This document shows positions 51,206-60,699 of a stretch of 64,000 nucleotides of DNA, piece by piece (the stretch's first letter is position 1; the number at the start of each line of letters is the position of its first letter). The stretch comes from Actinomycetes bacterium (GTDB taxonomy: Bacteria > Actinomycetota > Actinomycetes > Actinomycetales > Microbacteriaceae): the NCBI GenBank assembly GCA_023450335.1, contig JAEXHA010000152.1, positions 359 to 64,358 of the forward strand. Reading direction: 5' to 3'. A program made the translations under genes and the position numbers. The notes beneath the pieces were generated by a model. It saw nothing but the letters and a program-made list of their open reading frames with translations. It ran no database searches and was not told where the DNA came from.

Positions 51206-52729
51206 CTAATGACCGCCGCCGGTGCCGCCGCTGAGGCGCCCGTGGAAGAGCGTCGTCGCGTCGTTCATGCCCTCGAGCACGACCGTCTTGCCGAGGCGCT
51301 CGTACTTGGTCTGGATCGCGTCCAGCGCGGCGACGGTCGAGGCGTCCCACACGTGTGAGCGCGTCAGGTCGATGACCACACGCTCGGGGTCGGCGGTGTA
51401 CTCGAACTGCGTGGTCAGGTCGTTGCTCGAGGCGAAGAACAGCTCGCCGTCGACGTCGTACCGCACGGTGGGCACGCCGGCATCCATCACCTCACGCCGT
51501 GTCACGCTCGTGAAGTGAGCCACGCGCCGGGCGAACAGCACCATGGCGGTGAGCACGCCCGCGGCGACGCCGATGGCGAGGTTGTTGGTCCACACGGTCA
51601 TGATGACCGTGATGAGCATGACGGCGGTCTCGCTCTTGGGCATGGTCTTGAGAGTCTGCGGGCGCACCGAGTGCCAGTCGAAGGTCGAGGCCGACACGAC
51701 GATCATGACCGCGACCAGCGCCGCCATCGGGATGACGGCGACGACGTCGCCGAGCACGAGGATGAGGATCAGCAGGAACACGCCTGCGAGGAACGTCGAG
51801 ATGCGCGTGCGCGCGCCCGAGACCTTCACGTTGATCATGGTCTGGCCGATCATGGCGCAGCCGCCCATGCCGCCGAACAGGCCCGAGAGGATGTTCGCGC
51901 CGCCCTGGCCGATCGCCTCGCGGGTCTTGCGCGAGTGGGTGTCGGTGATGTCGTCGACGAGCTTCGCCGTCAGCAGCGACTCGAGCAGGCCCACGGCGGC
52001 CATCGCCAGCGCGTAGGGGGCGATGATCTGCAGCGTCTCGAGCGTGAACGGCACCTCGGGGATGAACAGCGTCGGCAGCGCCTCGGGCAGCTCGCCCTGG
52101 TCACCCACGGTCGGCACGGCGATGCCGAAGACCACCACGACGACGGTGAGGATGACGATCGCGACCAGGGGAGCGGGCACGGCCTTGGTGATCCGCGGCC
52201 ACAGGTAGATGATGGCCAGTCCCGCCGTCACCAGCGGATACACGAGCCACGGCACGTCGAACAGCTGCGGCAGCTGCGCGATGAAGATGAGGATCGCCAG
52301 CGCGTTCACGAACCCGACCATCACTGAACGGGGGATGAACCGCATGAGCTTCGCGACCCCGAGCGCGCCCAGCACGATCTGGATGATCCCGGCCAGAATC
52401 ACGGTGGCGATCAGGAAATGGATGCCATGGTCGCGCACGAGCGGGGCGATCACCAGTGCCACTGCTCCCGTGGCGGCGGTGATCATCGCCGGCCGTCCGC
52501 CCAGGAAGGCGATGGCCACCGCCATCACGAAGGAGGAGAACAGGCCGACGCGCGGGTCGACGCCCGCGATGATCGAGAACGCGATCGCCTCGGGGATGAG
52601 CGCGAGGGCCACCACGAGCCCGGCCAGCACTTCGCGCGTGAGCAGGCGGGGGCTGCGCAGTGCCTGCCACACGGTCGGCTCGATGCGGTAGCGGCTCTGC
52701 GGATCGCGGGCAGGGGTGACGGCGGTCAT
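51206..52729 (-). CDS. SulP family anion transporter with STAS domain
   Basis: ALIPEAIAF, ESLLTA, GGCAMIGQT, GELFFAS. Confidence 0.93.
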   Translation of the reverse strand: MTAVTPARDPQSRYRIEPTVWQALRSPRLLTREVLAGLVVALALIPEAIAFSIIAGVDPRVGLFSSFVMAVAIAFLGGRPAMITAATGAVALVIAPLVRDHGIHFLIATVILAGIIQIVLGALGVAKLMRFIPRSVMVGFVNALAILIFIAQLPQLFDVPWLVYPLVTAGLAIIYLWPRITKAVPAPLVAIVILTVVVVVFGIAVPTVGDQGELPEALPTLFIPEVPFTLETLQIIAPYALAMAAVGLLESLLTAKLVDDITDTHSRKTREAIGQGGANILSGLFGGMGGCAMIGQTMINVKVSGARTRISTFLAGVFLLILILVLGDVVAVIPMAALVAVMIVVSASTFDWHSVRPQTLKTMPKSETAVMLITVIMTVWTNNLAIGVAAGVLTAMVLFARRVAHFTSVTRREVMDAGVPTVRYDVDGELFFASSNDLTTQFEYTADPERVVIDLTRSHVWDASTVAALDAIQTKYERLGKTVVLEGMNDATTLFHGRLSGGTGGGH

Positions 52730-52927
52730 GTCATGCTCCGGGTGGGGTGGGCGGCGGGGTGCGGCGGGGAGTGCGGCCTCATGCACTCTACCTGGGTGCG
52801 CCACGGGGGCCTCGGGCGGTGGGGTGGACTCGGGTATGTGTTCGACGCTCGAGTGGGCGAGCATGCGGCGACGCGGCCGGACGTGCACGGCTGCGCGCGA
52901 TCGGATAGAACAAAGAAACGATACTGA

Positions 52928-52949
52928 TGTCGGAGGCCCGGCGTAGAGT
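52928..52949 (+). promoter_or_regulatory. PafBC (RecA-NDp)-type promoter of the HNH gene
   Basis: TGTCGG-N10-TAGAGT, 7 nt before ATG 52957. Confidence 0.72.
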
Positions 52950-52956
52950 ACGGGAC

Positions 52957-54303
52957 ATGAGCACTCCTCTCGATACCCTCGCCGGCACGGTCGACGCCGT
53001 GCGTGCGCTGTGGTGCGACGAGCAGATCGGTGCGCTCGACGGCGACGCGCTGATGAAGGTGAACGCTTTGCTGGGGCAAGCACGTCGGCAGCTGGATGCC
53101 GCGGTGACGCAGGTGGCGGCGGAGATCAGCCGCCAGTCCCGGCCCGAGTTGGGGCCGGAGTCTCTGGCGAAGAAGCACGGGTTCCCCAACGCGAACAAAC
53201 TCTTGTCGGGCGAGCTGGGCACCACCGGGGGCGAAGCGGCCAAGCTCATCGAAGTCGGAGAGGTCACCGCGCCGCGTGTGCTGCTGTCGGGGGAGACGGC
53301 GCCGGCGCGGTTCCCGCACGTGGCGGCGGCGCTTTCGGCGGGCCGTCTCGGCGCCGCAGCCGCCTCGGTGATCACCACCATGCTCGGGCGTGTGCAGCTC
53401 CGGGCGGGGGCCGCCGCCGTCGAGGAGGTCGAGCGGTCGCTCGTCCAGCGCGCGGTCGGCCTGTCGCTCGACGCGCTGCGCAAGCTCGTCCGCAGCGCCG
53501 AGGCTCACCTCGATCCCGGTGGGGTCGCCGAGCGGGAGGAGCAGTTGCGGGCGGGGCGCCACCTGCGGCTGTGGGAGGACCCCGACGGTGCGCTGATGCT
53601 CAACGGGCGCATCGACCCCGAGCATGCCGCGCCCGTCAGAGCCGTGTTCGAGGGGTTCGTGTCCGCGGAGTTCGCTGCGCAGCGCGCGGCCGACGCGTCC
53701 GACGACCCCGACACGCCGCATCGCACGGTGCCGATGGTCCAGGCCGACGCCCTCGTCCGCTTCTGCGAGCACGTGCTGTCCTGCGAGCACACCGACGTGC
53801 CGCTGGGCGGCGCGACAGTGATCGTCCGCGTCGACCTGAAAGACCTCGAGGCCGGCACCGGGCACGGCACCATCGACGGGTTGTCGGCCCCGATCAGCAT
53901 CGGCACGGTGCGGCGGATGGCCGCCGACGGCGGGATCATCCCCTGCGTACTGGGCACCGACAGCGAGATCCTCGACTGGGGACGCAGAAAGCGGCTGTTC
54001 ACGAAGGCGCAGCGCCTCGCGATCGGTGAACGCGACCGGGGCTGCGCCCGCTGCGGCGCACCACCGGGCACCACCAAGGCCCATCACATCCGATGGTGGT
54101 CCCGCGGCGGCCCCACCGACCTGCGCAACGGCGTGCTGCTCTGCGAATCGTGCCACCACGTCATCCACGACAACGGGTGGGACATCCACATCGATGGGCC
54201 GGGGACCGACGCGACCGTCTGGTTCATCCCGCCGGCCGCCATCGATCCCGCCAGAACGCCGCAACGCGGCACCCGCACCAGATTCTCCGCGGCCGTCGCC
54301 TGA
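52957..54303 (+). CDS. DUF222-HNH endonuclease (13E12 repeat-like)
   Basis: RLFTKAQRLAIGERDRGCARC, AHHIRWW, NGVLLCESCHH. Confidence 0.9.
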   Translation: MSTPLDTLAGTVDAVRALWCDEQIGALDGDALMKVNALLGQARRQLDAAVTQVAAEISRQSRPELGPESLAKKHGFPNANKLLSGELGTTGGEAAKLIEVGEVTAPRVLLSGETAPARFPHVAAALSAGRLGAAAASVITTMLGRVQLRAGAAAVEEVERSLVQRAVGLSLDALRKLVRSAEAHLDPGGVAEREEQLRAGRHLRLWEDPDGALMLNGRIDPEHAAPVRAVFEGFVSAEFAAQRAADASDDPDTPHRTVPMVQADALVRFCEHVLSCEHTDVPLGGATVIVRVDLKDLEAGTGHGTIDGLSAPISIGTVRRMAADGGIIPCVLGTDSEILDWGRRKRLFTKAQRLAIGERDRGCARCGAPPGTTKAHHIRWWSRGGPTDLRNGVLLCESCHHVIHDNGWDIHIDGPGTDATVWFIPPAAIDPARTPQRGTRTRFSAAVA

Positions 54304-54339
54304 CGCGGGGGAGAAGTGTGCCTATTGCGCCGTGGCGCG

Positions 54340-56007
54340 TCAGATGGCGACGCGCAGCACCTCTTCGATCGTCGTGACGCCTTCGAGCACCTTGTTGAAG
54401 CCGTCCTCGCGCAGCGGCACCATGCCGTCTTCGAGCGCCGCTTGTCGCATCTCGGTGCCGGTCGCATGACCGACGACCAGGTGCTCAAGCGTCTCGGTGA
54501 CCTCCATGACCTCGTGCAGCGCGACGCGGCCGCGGTAGCCGGTGCCCGAACAGTCCGAGCAGCCGACCGCGCGGTACAGCACGGGCGGGTCGAGCGGGTT
54601 GTGGGGGAACTTCACGCCGCCCAGCACCTCGGCCGACTCGGTGTACGCCTCGCGGCACTTGATGCACAGGCGCCGCGCCAGCCGCTGCGCCACCACCGCC
54701 GACAGCGCCGTGCCCACCAGGAACGGCTCGCAGCCGATCTCGGTCAGTCGCGTCAGCGCCGACGGGGCGTCGTTGGTGTGCAACGTCGACAGCACGAGGT
54801 GACCGGTCAGCGCCGCTTCGATCGAGATCGTCGCCGTCTCCTGGTCGCGGATCTCACCGACCAGCACGACGTCGGGGTCCGAGCGCAGAATCGACCGCAA
54901 CGCGGCCTGGAACGTCATACCCGCCCGCGGGTTCACCTGCACCTGGTTGATGCCGGCCATCCGGTACTCGACCGGGTCTTCGACCGTGATGACGTTGATG
55001 CGCGGATTCGCGACGGTGTTCAACGCCGTGTACAGCGTCGTCGACTTACCCGACCCGGTCGGGCCGGTCACCAGCACCATGCCGTGCGGCCGACTGATCG
55101 CGCCGCGGAACCGCTGCTCGTTGCGGATCGAGAACCGCAGGTCGCTCATCGTCAGCGACTGCGCCGAGCTGTCGAGGATACGCATGACGATCTTCTCGCC
55201 CCACACCGTCGGCAGCGTCGCCAGCCGCAGGTCGATCTGGCGTCCGTCGTGGTGCACCGACAGGCGGCCGTCCTGCGGCTTGCGCCGCTCGGCGATGTCG
55301 ACCGAGGCCATGATCTTCAGTCGCGAGATCACGCCGTCCTGAATCGCCCGGTCGGCGCGCTGCATCTCGTGCAGCACGCCGTCGATGCGGTACCGCACCG
55401 TCAGTTGCCGCTCGCCCGGCTCGATGTGGATATCGCTGGCACGGTCGCTGATCGCCTGCGAGATGAGCAGGTTCACGAACCGCACGATCGGCGCGTCGTC
55501 GGCGGTGTCCTCGATCGACTCGGTCGCGGCGGCGCCGTCGGCCAGCGCGCTCTCACCGATCTGCTCCGACAGATCGCTCAGCTCTTCATCCGAGCGCAAG
55601 AACCGTGAGAACGCGGTGTTCAAGGCATCAGCGGCCACCACGGCCGGGCGGATGTTCAGCTCGGTCGCGCGCGCGATGTCGTCGATCGCGATCAGATCAC
55701 TGGGGTCGACCATGCCGATCGTGAGGCTGCGACGCCCCCGCTCGACGGGGATCAGCCGATACCGGCGGCACAGCGCGGCAGGCACCGCGCCGACGACCTC
55801 GGCCGGCAGCGTCAGGGCAGACAGGTCGACGAAGGGGAAGCCGGTCTGCTCAGCGACACCCTGCGCGATCTGCGTCTCGGTGGCGAGCTTGGCGGCGACC
55901 AGGCGCGCGCGCAATTCCTCGCCCTCGCCGACTTCGGCAACGGCGTCCCACATATCCTCGGCACGTACTACCCCAGAACGTACGAGGGTCTCGGCGAGTC
56001 CTCGCAT
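54340..56007 (-). CDS. pilB: Extension ATPase PilB (GspE/PulE family)
   Basis: ASDIHIEP, PQDGR, GPTGSGKST, AALTGHLV, CIKC/CSDC Zn site. Confidence 0.95.
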   Translation of the reverse strand: MRGLAETLVRSGVVRAEDMWDAVAEVGEGEELRARLVAAKLATETQIAQGVAEQTGFPFVDLSALTLPAEVVGAVPAALCRRYRLIPVERGRRSLTIGMVDPSDLIAIDDIARATELNIRPAVVAADALNTAFSRFLRSDEELSDLSEQIGESALADGAAATESIEDTADDAPIVRFVNLLISQAISDRASDIHIEPGERQLTVRYRIDGVLHEMQRADRAIQDGVISRLKIMASVDIAERRKPQDGRLSVHHDGRQIDLRLATLPTVWGEKIVMRILDSSAQSLTMSDLRFSIRNEQRFRGAISRPHGMVLVTGPTGSGKSTTLYTALNTVANPRINVITVEDPVEYRMAGINQVQVNPRAGMTFQAALRSILRSDPDVVLVGEIRDQETATISIEAALTGHLVLSTLHTNDAPSALTRLTEIGCEPFLVGTALSAVVAQRLARRLCIKCREAYTESAEVLGGVKFPHNPLDPPVLYRAVGCSDCSGTGYRGRVALHEVMEVTETLEHLVVGHATGTEMRQAALEDGMVPLREDGFNKVLEGVTTIEEVLRVAI

Positions 56008-56163
56008 GGAACTTCCTTCCCCTGTGGTAGATCCTATTGCTCTGACGGGGCAGATGTGAATAGTGAGGTTTTTGTGACTGTTGAGATCCCGACCCGGTAG
56101 CCGACGCCGCACGCCGTGTCGACCCCTATGACACCGGACGCACGCACTGGTTAGCCTGGCGCG

Positions 56164-57297
56164 ATGAAGCGGATCGTCTCCCGAGTCATCGCGTGGGTGC
56201 TCACCCTCAAAATCGTCCGCGCCGTCCTCCGCTACAGCGAGAGCCGCGGCCCCATGCTCGCCGACAGCGTCACCTATCGCACGCTGTTCAGTGTCTTCGC
56301 CGGCGTCCTGCTGGGCTTCTCGATCGCCGGCATCTGGCTCAGCGGCAACCCCGAGGCCATCGACGCGCTCGTCGCCGCGATCGACAACGCGATTCCCGGC
56401 CTCGTCGGTGACGGAGGCCCCATCGACCCCGACGCGCTGACCCAGCCCATCGGACTGTCGCTGGCCGGCATCATCTCGCTCGTCGGTCTCATCGGCGCCG
56501 CGATCGGCGCGATCGGATCGTTGCGCCTGGCCATCCGCACCATCGCCGCCACGCTCGCCGACGACATCTGGTTCGGCTGGGTGCTGCTGCGCAACCTCGC
56601 CCTGGCGATCGGTGTCGGTGCGGCCCTGGGCGCCTCGGCAGTGGTGACAGTGCTCAGCACGGCGGGTCTGGTCACCGTCGCCGACATGCTCGGCCTGTCC
56701 GAAGACCACTTTCTGGTGACCTGGGGCAGCCGCTCGGTCGTCGTCCTCGTCACCTTCGCGTTGGATGCCGCGGTCATCGCAGTCATGTTCCGCGTGCTTT
56801 CGGGGCTGCGGCCCCGCGCGCGGGCGCTGTGGAGCGGCGCCCTGCTGGGTGCAGTCGGCCTGACCGTGCTGCAACAGCTGTCTGGACTCTTCGTGGGCGG
56901 TGCCTCGTCCAACCCTCTGCTGGCGTCGTTCGCCTCGCTCATCGCCTTGCTGCTGTGGTTCAACCTGTCGGCGCAGGTGATCCTCATCGCCTCGGCGTAC
57001 ATCGTCACCGGCGTTGAGGAGGACGAGGATCGCGTGCGCGCCCGCCACAGCGCCGAGACCTTCGCCCAGCATCGTGTGCGCCGCGCCGAAGACGCCGTAG
57101 CCGTCGCGGTGGCCGCCCTGCACGACGCGCGTGACGCCGAGGCCGAGGAGCGGGCCAAGGCCGAGGAGCGGGCCGAGGCCGAGGAGCGGGCCAAGGCCGA
57201 GGAGCGCGCCGAAGCCGAGGAGCGCGCCGTGGCCGAGGAAGACGCCCGCACGGCAGATGTCGAGAAGCACGAAGCGAAGGGGGAGTCCCATGTCTGA
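56164..57297 (+). CDS. YihY/BrkB family membrane protein with charged C-terminal repeat
   Basis: ADSVTYRTLFSVF, FASLIALLLWFNL; AEERA[KEV] repeats. Confidence 0.88.
   Translation: MKRIVSRVIAWVLTLKIVRAVLRYSESRGPMLADSVTYRTLFSVFAGVLLGFSIAGIWLSGNPEAIDALVAAIDNAIPGLVGDGGPIDPDALTQPIGLSLAGIISLVGLIGAAIGAIGSLRLAIRTIAATLADDIWFGWVLLRNLALAIGVGAALGASAVVTVLSTAGLVTVADMLGLSEDHFLVTWGSRSVVVLVTFALDAAVIAVMFRVLSGLRPRARALWSGALLGAVGLTVLQQLSGLFVGGASSNPLLASFASLIALLLWFNLSAQVILIASAYIVTGVEEDEDRVRARHSAETFAQHRVRRAEDAVAVAVAALHDARDAEAEERAKAEERAEAEERAKAEERAEAEERAVAEEDARTADVEKHEAKGESHV
57142..57240 (+). repeat. 18-bp coding tandem repeat x5.5 (AEERA[K/E/V])
   Basis: GCCGAGGAGCG[GC]GCC[AAG/GAG/GAA/GTG]. Confidence 0.9.
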
Positions 57298-58030
57298 TCG
57301 CGTCCGCGTCCCCACCTACTCGGCGGCGCAGGTCCGCTCGGCCGAGGCGCCCTTGCTGGATGCCGGTGAGCCGCTCATGGCACAGGCTGCGGCGGCCCTC
57401 GCCGACGTGGTGCGCACGCTGCTGCCCGTCACCCTCGACGGCCTCGCCACCGGCACCGTCGACGATTCGCTCTCTCCGGCATCCCCGGCATCCGCCCCCG
57501 CCAAGCCGCGGATCCTCGTCCTCGCCGGCAGCGGCGACAACGGCGCCGACGCGATGTTCGCCGCCGCCCAGCTGACCGACCGCGCCCACGTCGACATCAT
57601 CCTCACCGGCACGCGCGCCCACCCACAGGCACTCGCCGCCGCGACGGCTGCCGGTGGCGTGCCGCACGACCCGACCCTGGCGGGCGAGTACGACATCGTC
57701 ATCGACGGGATCCTCGGCATCGGCACCGGCGATGACCCCGCCCTGCGCGGCACCGCCCGCACCGTCGTCGCGGCGCTCCTGCCGGCCGTCCGCGCCGGCC
57801 GCACCCGCGTCGTCGCGGTCGACCTGCCCAGCGGCCTGCACCCCGACACCGGGCAGACTGCCGACGATGTCGTGCTGCCGGCATCCCTCACCGTCACTTT
57901 CGGCGCCGTCAAGCAGGGACTGGTCGCCGCGCCCGAGCTCACGGGCGAGATCATCCTCGTCGAACTCGGCCTGTCGCTGCCGGACGGGGCAGGCTCCGCG
58001 GAGGTCACGGCATTCAGGCGGGCGGGGTAG
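57290..58030 (+). CDS. nnrE: NAD(P)H-hydrate epimerase (YjeF N-terminal domain)
   Basis: GSGDNGAD, IDGILGIG, AVDLPSG, TVTFGAVK. Confidence 0.88.
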   Translation: MSDRVRVPTYSAAQVRSAEAPLLDAGEPLMAQAAAALADVVRTLLPVTLDGLATGTVDDSLSPASPASAPAKPRILVLAGSGDNGADAMFAAAQLTDRAHVDIILTGTRAHPQALAAATAAGGVPHDPTLAGEYDIVIDGILGIGTGDDPALRGTARTVVAALLPAVRAGRTRVVAVDLPSGLHPDTGQTADDVVLPASLTVTFGAVKQGLVAAPELTGEIILVELGLSLPDGAGSAEVTAFRRAG

Positions 58031-58039
58031 CGTTCATAC

Positions 58040-60547
58040 GTGCCCGAGAACGACAACGCACCCGCATCAGATACTCGCCTCGAAGCGACCCACCCGCTTG
58101 CGCTCGCACCGGTCTCCGGACCGGCTGCTTCGGTCGACGGGTTCGTCCGGCAGTTCCTGCGCAACCTGAACTATGAGCGCGGGGCGATGCTGTCGACCTC
58201 CACCGTCGCCGACCGGTACTTCGCGTTCGCCATGACCGTGCGCGACTACCTGACCGCGCGCTGGCTCGAAGACCTGCGCCGCCAGCTCGCTTCCAAGGCG
58301 AAGGTCGTCTGCTACCTCTCGGCCGAGTACTTGCTGGGCCGGCAGCTCGACAACAACCTGCTCGCGAGCGGATTGACCGACATCGCGACTGAGGCCATGG
58401 CTGCCTGCGGCATCGACATCGACGAGCTGCGCGAGCAGGAGGTCGAGCCGGGCCTGGGCAACGGCGGTCTCGGTCGCCTCGCCGCCTGCTTCATCGACTC
58501 GCTGGCCACGATGGGCATGGCCAACGTGGGCTACGGAATCCGCTACGAGCACGGCATCTTCCGTCAGACATTCGTCGACGGCCAGCAGGTCGAACAGCCC
58601 GACAACTGGTTGCAGATGGGTTCGCCGTGGGAGTTCCCGCACCCCGAGTTCGCGCAGGACGTCTCCTTCGGCGGCCACACCGAGACCTATGACGACCACG
58701 GCATCACGCGCACCCGCTGGGTGCCCGGCTGGGGCGTGAAGGCCGTGCCGTACAACTACATGGTGCCCGGCTATCGCAACGGCCGCGTCAACACGCTGCG
58801 GTTGTGGCGCGCCAAGGCCACCAACGCGTTCGACCTGCGCATCTTCAACTCCGGCGACTATGAAGAGGCCGTCCGCGCGCAGACCTACGCCGAGAACATC
58901 TCGCAGGTGCTGTACCCCGAGGACTCCACGCCGCAGGGGAAAGAACTGCGACTGCAGCAGCAGTACTTCTTCGTGGCGGCATCCATCGCCGACGTCATCT
59001 CGCTCATCCCGCGCGCCGACCTGCCCCAGCTGCACGAGCGCGTCATCTTCCAGCTCAACGACACCCACCCGGTCATCGCGGTGCCCGAGCTGATGCGTGT
59101 GCTCGTCGACGAGAAGAAGCTCGAGTGGGAGGCCGCGTGGCAGATCACGCAGCAGTGCTTCGCCTACACCTGTCACACGCTGCTGCCGGAGGCCCTCGAG
59201 GTGTGGCCGGTCGAACTGCTCGGGCGTCTGCTGCCGCGCCACCTCGAGATCATCTACCGCATCAACGAGGAGTTCCTCGCCGAGGTGCGCGAGCGCTACG
59301 GCGACGACGAGATGCGCCTGCGCGACATGTCGATCATCCAGGAGTTCCCCGAGCGCAGCGTGCGCATGGCCTACCTCGCCACGATCGCCGGTGCGAAGGT
59401 CAACGGTGTCGCCGAGCTGCACTCGCAGCTGCTGCGCGACAAGGTGCTGCCCCAGTTCAACGAGTTCTTCCCCGAGAAGTTCACGAACGTCACCAACGGC
59501 GTCACCCCGCGCCGGTTCATCCGGCTGGCGAACCCGAAGCTGTCCGCGCTCATCACCGATGCGATCGGCCCGGCCTGGATGACCGATCTGGAGCGCCTCC
59601 GCGAACTCGAGTCGCACGCCGAGGACCCGCAGTTCCGCGCCGCGTTCGCCGAAGTCAAAGCCGCCAACAAGCAGCATCTGAACGAGGTGCTGCACCTGCG
59701 CGACGGGCTGCGCATGGGAGACGGCCACATGCTGGACGTGATGGTCAAGCGCCTGCACGAGTACAAGCGGCAGATGCTGAAGCTGCTGCACATCGTCACG
59801 CTGTACGAAGGCATCACCTCCGGCCGTGTCGCCGCTGAGGACGTCACGCCGCGCACGTTCGTGTTCGGCGCCAAGGCCGCGCCGGGTTACATCATGGCCA
59901 AGCGCATCATCCACCTGATCAACGCGGTCGGCAAGGTCGTCAACGCCGACCCGCGCGTGGCCGGGCGCCTGAAGGTGCTGTTCCCGCCGAACTACAACGT
60001 CACCCTCGCCGAGCGGCTCATCCCCGCGGCCGACCTGTCGGAGCAGATCTCACTGGCCGGCAAGGAGGCCTCGGGCACCGGAAACATGAAGTTCGCCCTC
60101 AACGGCGCGCTGACCATCGGCACCGACGACGGCGCGAATGTCGAGATCCGCGAGCTCGTCGGCGACGACCACTTCTTCCTGTTCGGCATGAGCGAGCCCG
60201 AGGTCGAGACGCTGTGGGCGCAGGGCTATCACCCGGCGGAGTTCTACCAGCGCGACGAGAACCTCCGCCGCGCCATGGACCTCATCGCCTCGGGCGCCTT
60301 CTCCGACGGCGACCGGGCGGTGTTCGAGCCGATCGTGTCGAACCTCCTGTACGACGATCGCTTCATGGTGCTGGCCGACTACGCCTCGTACATCGCGGCG
60401 CAAGAGCGAGTGGATGCCGCGTACGCGGACCAGGACGCATGGACCAGATCGGCGGTGCTCAACGTCGCCCGCACGGGGTACTTCTCCTCCGACCGGTCGA
60501 TGCGCGACTACATCGATCGCATCTGGAAGGCGGCGCCGGTCCGCTGA
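58040..60547 (+). CDS. glgP: Glycogen/starch/alpha-glucan phosphorylase
   Basis: GLGNGGLGRLAAC, LNDTHP, KRLHEYKRQ, EASGTGNMK PLP motif. Confidence 0.97.
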   Translation: MPENDNAPASDTRLEATHPLALAPVSGPAASVDGFVRQFLRNLNYERGAMLSTSTVADRYFAFAMTVRDYLTARWLEDLRRQLASKAKVVCYLSAEYLLGRQLDNNLLASGLTDIATEAMAACGIDIDELREQEVEPGLGNGGLGRLAACFIDSLATMGMANVGYGIRYEHGIFRQTFVDGQQVEQPDNWLQMGSPWEFPHPEFAQDVSFGGHTETYDDHGITRTRWVPGWGVKAVPYNYMVPGYRNGRVNTLRLWRAKATNAFDLRIFNSGDYEEAVRAQTYAENISQVLYPEDSTPQGKELRLQQQYFFVAASIADVISLIPRADLPQLHERVIFQLNDTHPVIAVPELMRVLVDEKKLEWEAAWQITQQCFAYTCHTLLPEALEVWPVELLGRLLPRHLEIIYRINEEFLAEVRERYGDDEMRLRDMSIIQEFPERSVRMAYLATIAGAKVNGVAELHSQLLRDKVLPQFNEFFPEKFTNVTNGVTPRRFIRLANPKLSALITDAIGPAWMTDLERLRELESHAEDPQFRAAFAEVKAANKQHLNEVLHLRDGLRMGDGHMLDVMVKRLHEYKRQMLKLLHIVTLYEGITSGRVAAEDVTPRTFVFGAKAAPGYIMAKRIIHLINAVGKVVNADPRVAGRLKVLFPPNYNVTLAERLIPAADLSEQISLAGKEASGTGNMKFALNGALTIGTDDGANVEIRELVGDDHFFLFGMSEPEVETLWAQGYHPAEFYQRDENLRRAMDLIASGAFSDGDRAVFEPIVSNLLYDDRFMVLADYASYIAAQERVDAAYADQDAWTRSAVLNVARTGYFSSDRSMRDYIDRIWKAAPVR

Positions 60548-60699
60548 GCGGCGAGCGGGGCCTCCCCGTCCCCGATCGCGGATCGGCGTCGGCCGTGGAA
60601 CGCCGCCGTCCGTGGAACGGTCTGCGGCCGCGGATCGCCGCCGTCGCGGAACGGCCTGCGGCCGCCAGCGGGCGCGGGCGGCGCTCAGCGCTGCGCGGG

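Noticed and set aside
56040..56090. TCAC repeats shared between pilB and pilA upstream regions
   Set aside because: Too short and irregularly spaced to support a common regulator without comparative data
56008..57315. Apparent 435-aa N-terminal extension of PilB (991-aa ORF)
   Set aside because: It is antisense to the YihY gene; an RBS-preceded ATG at 56007 gives a normal-length PilB
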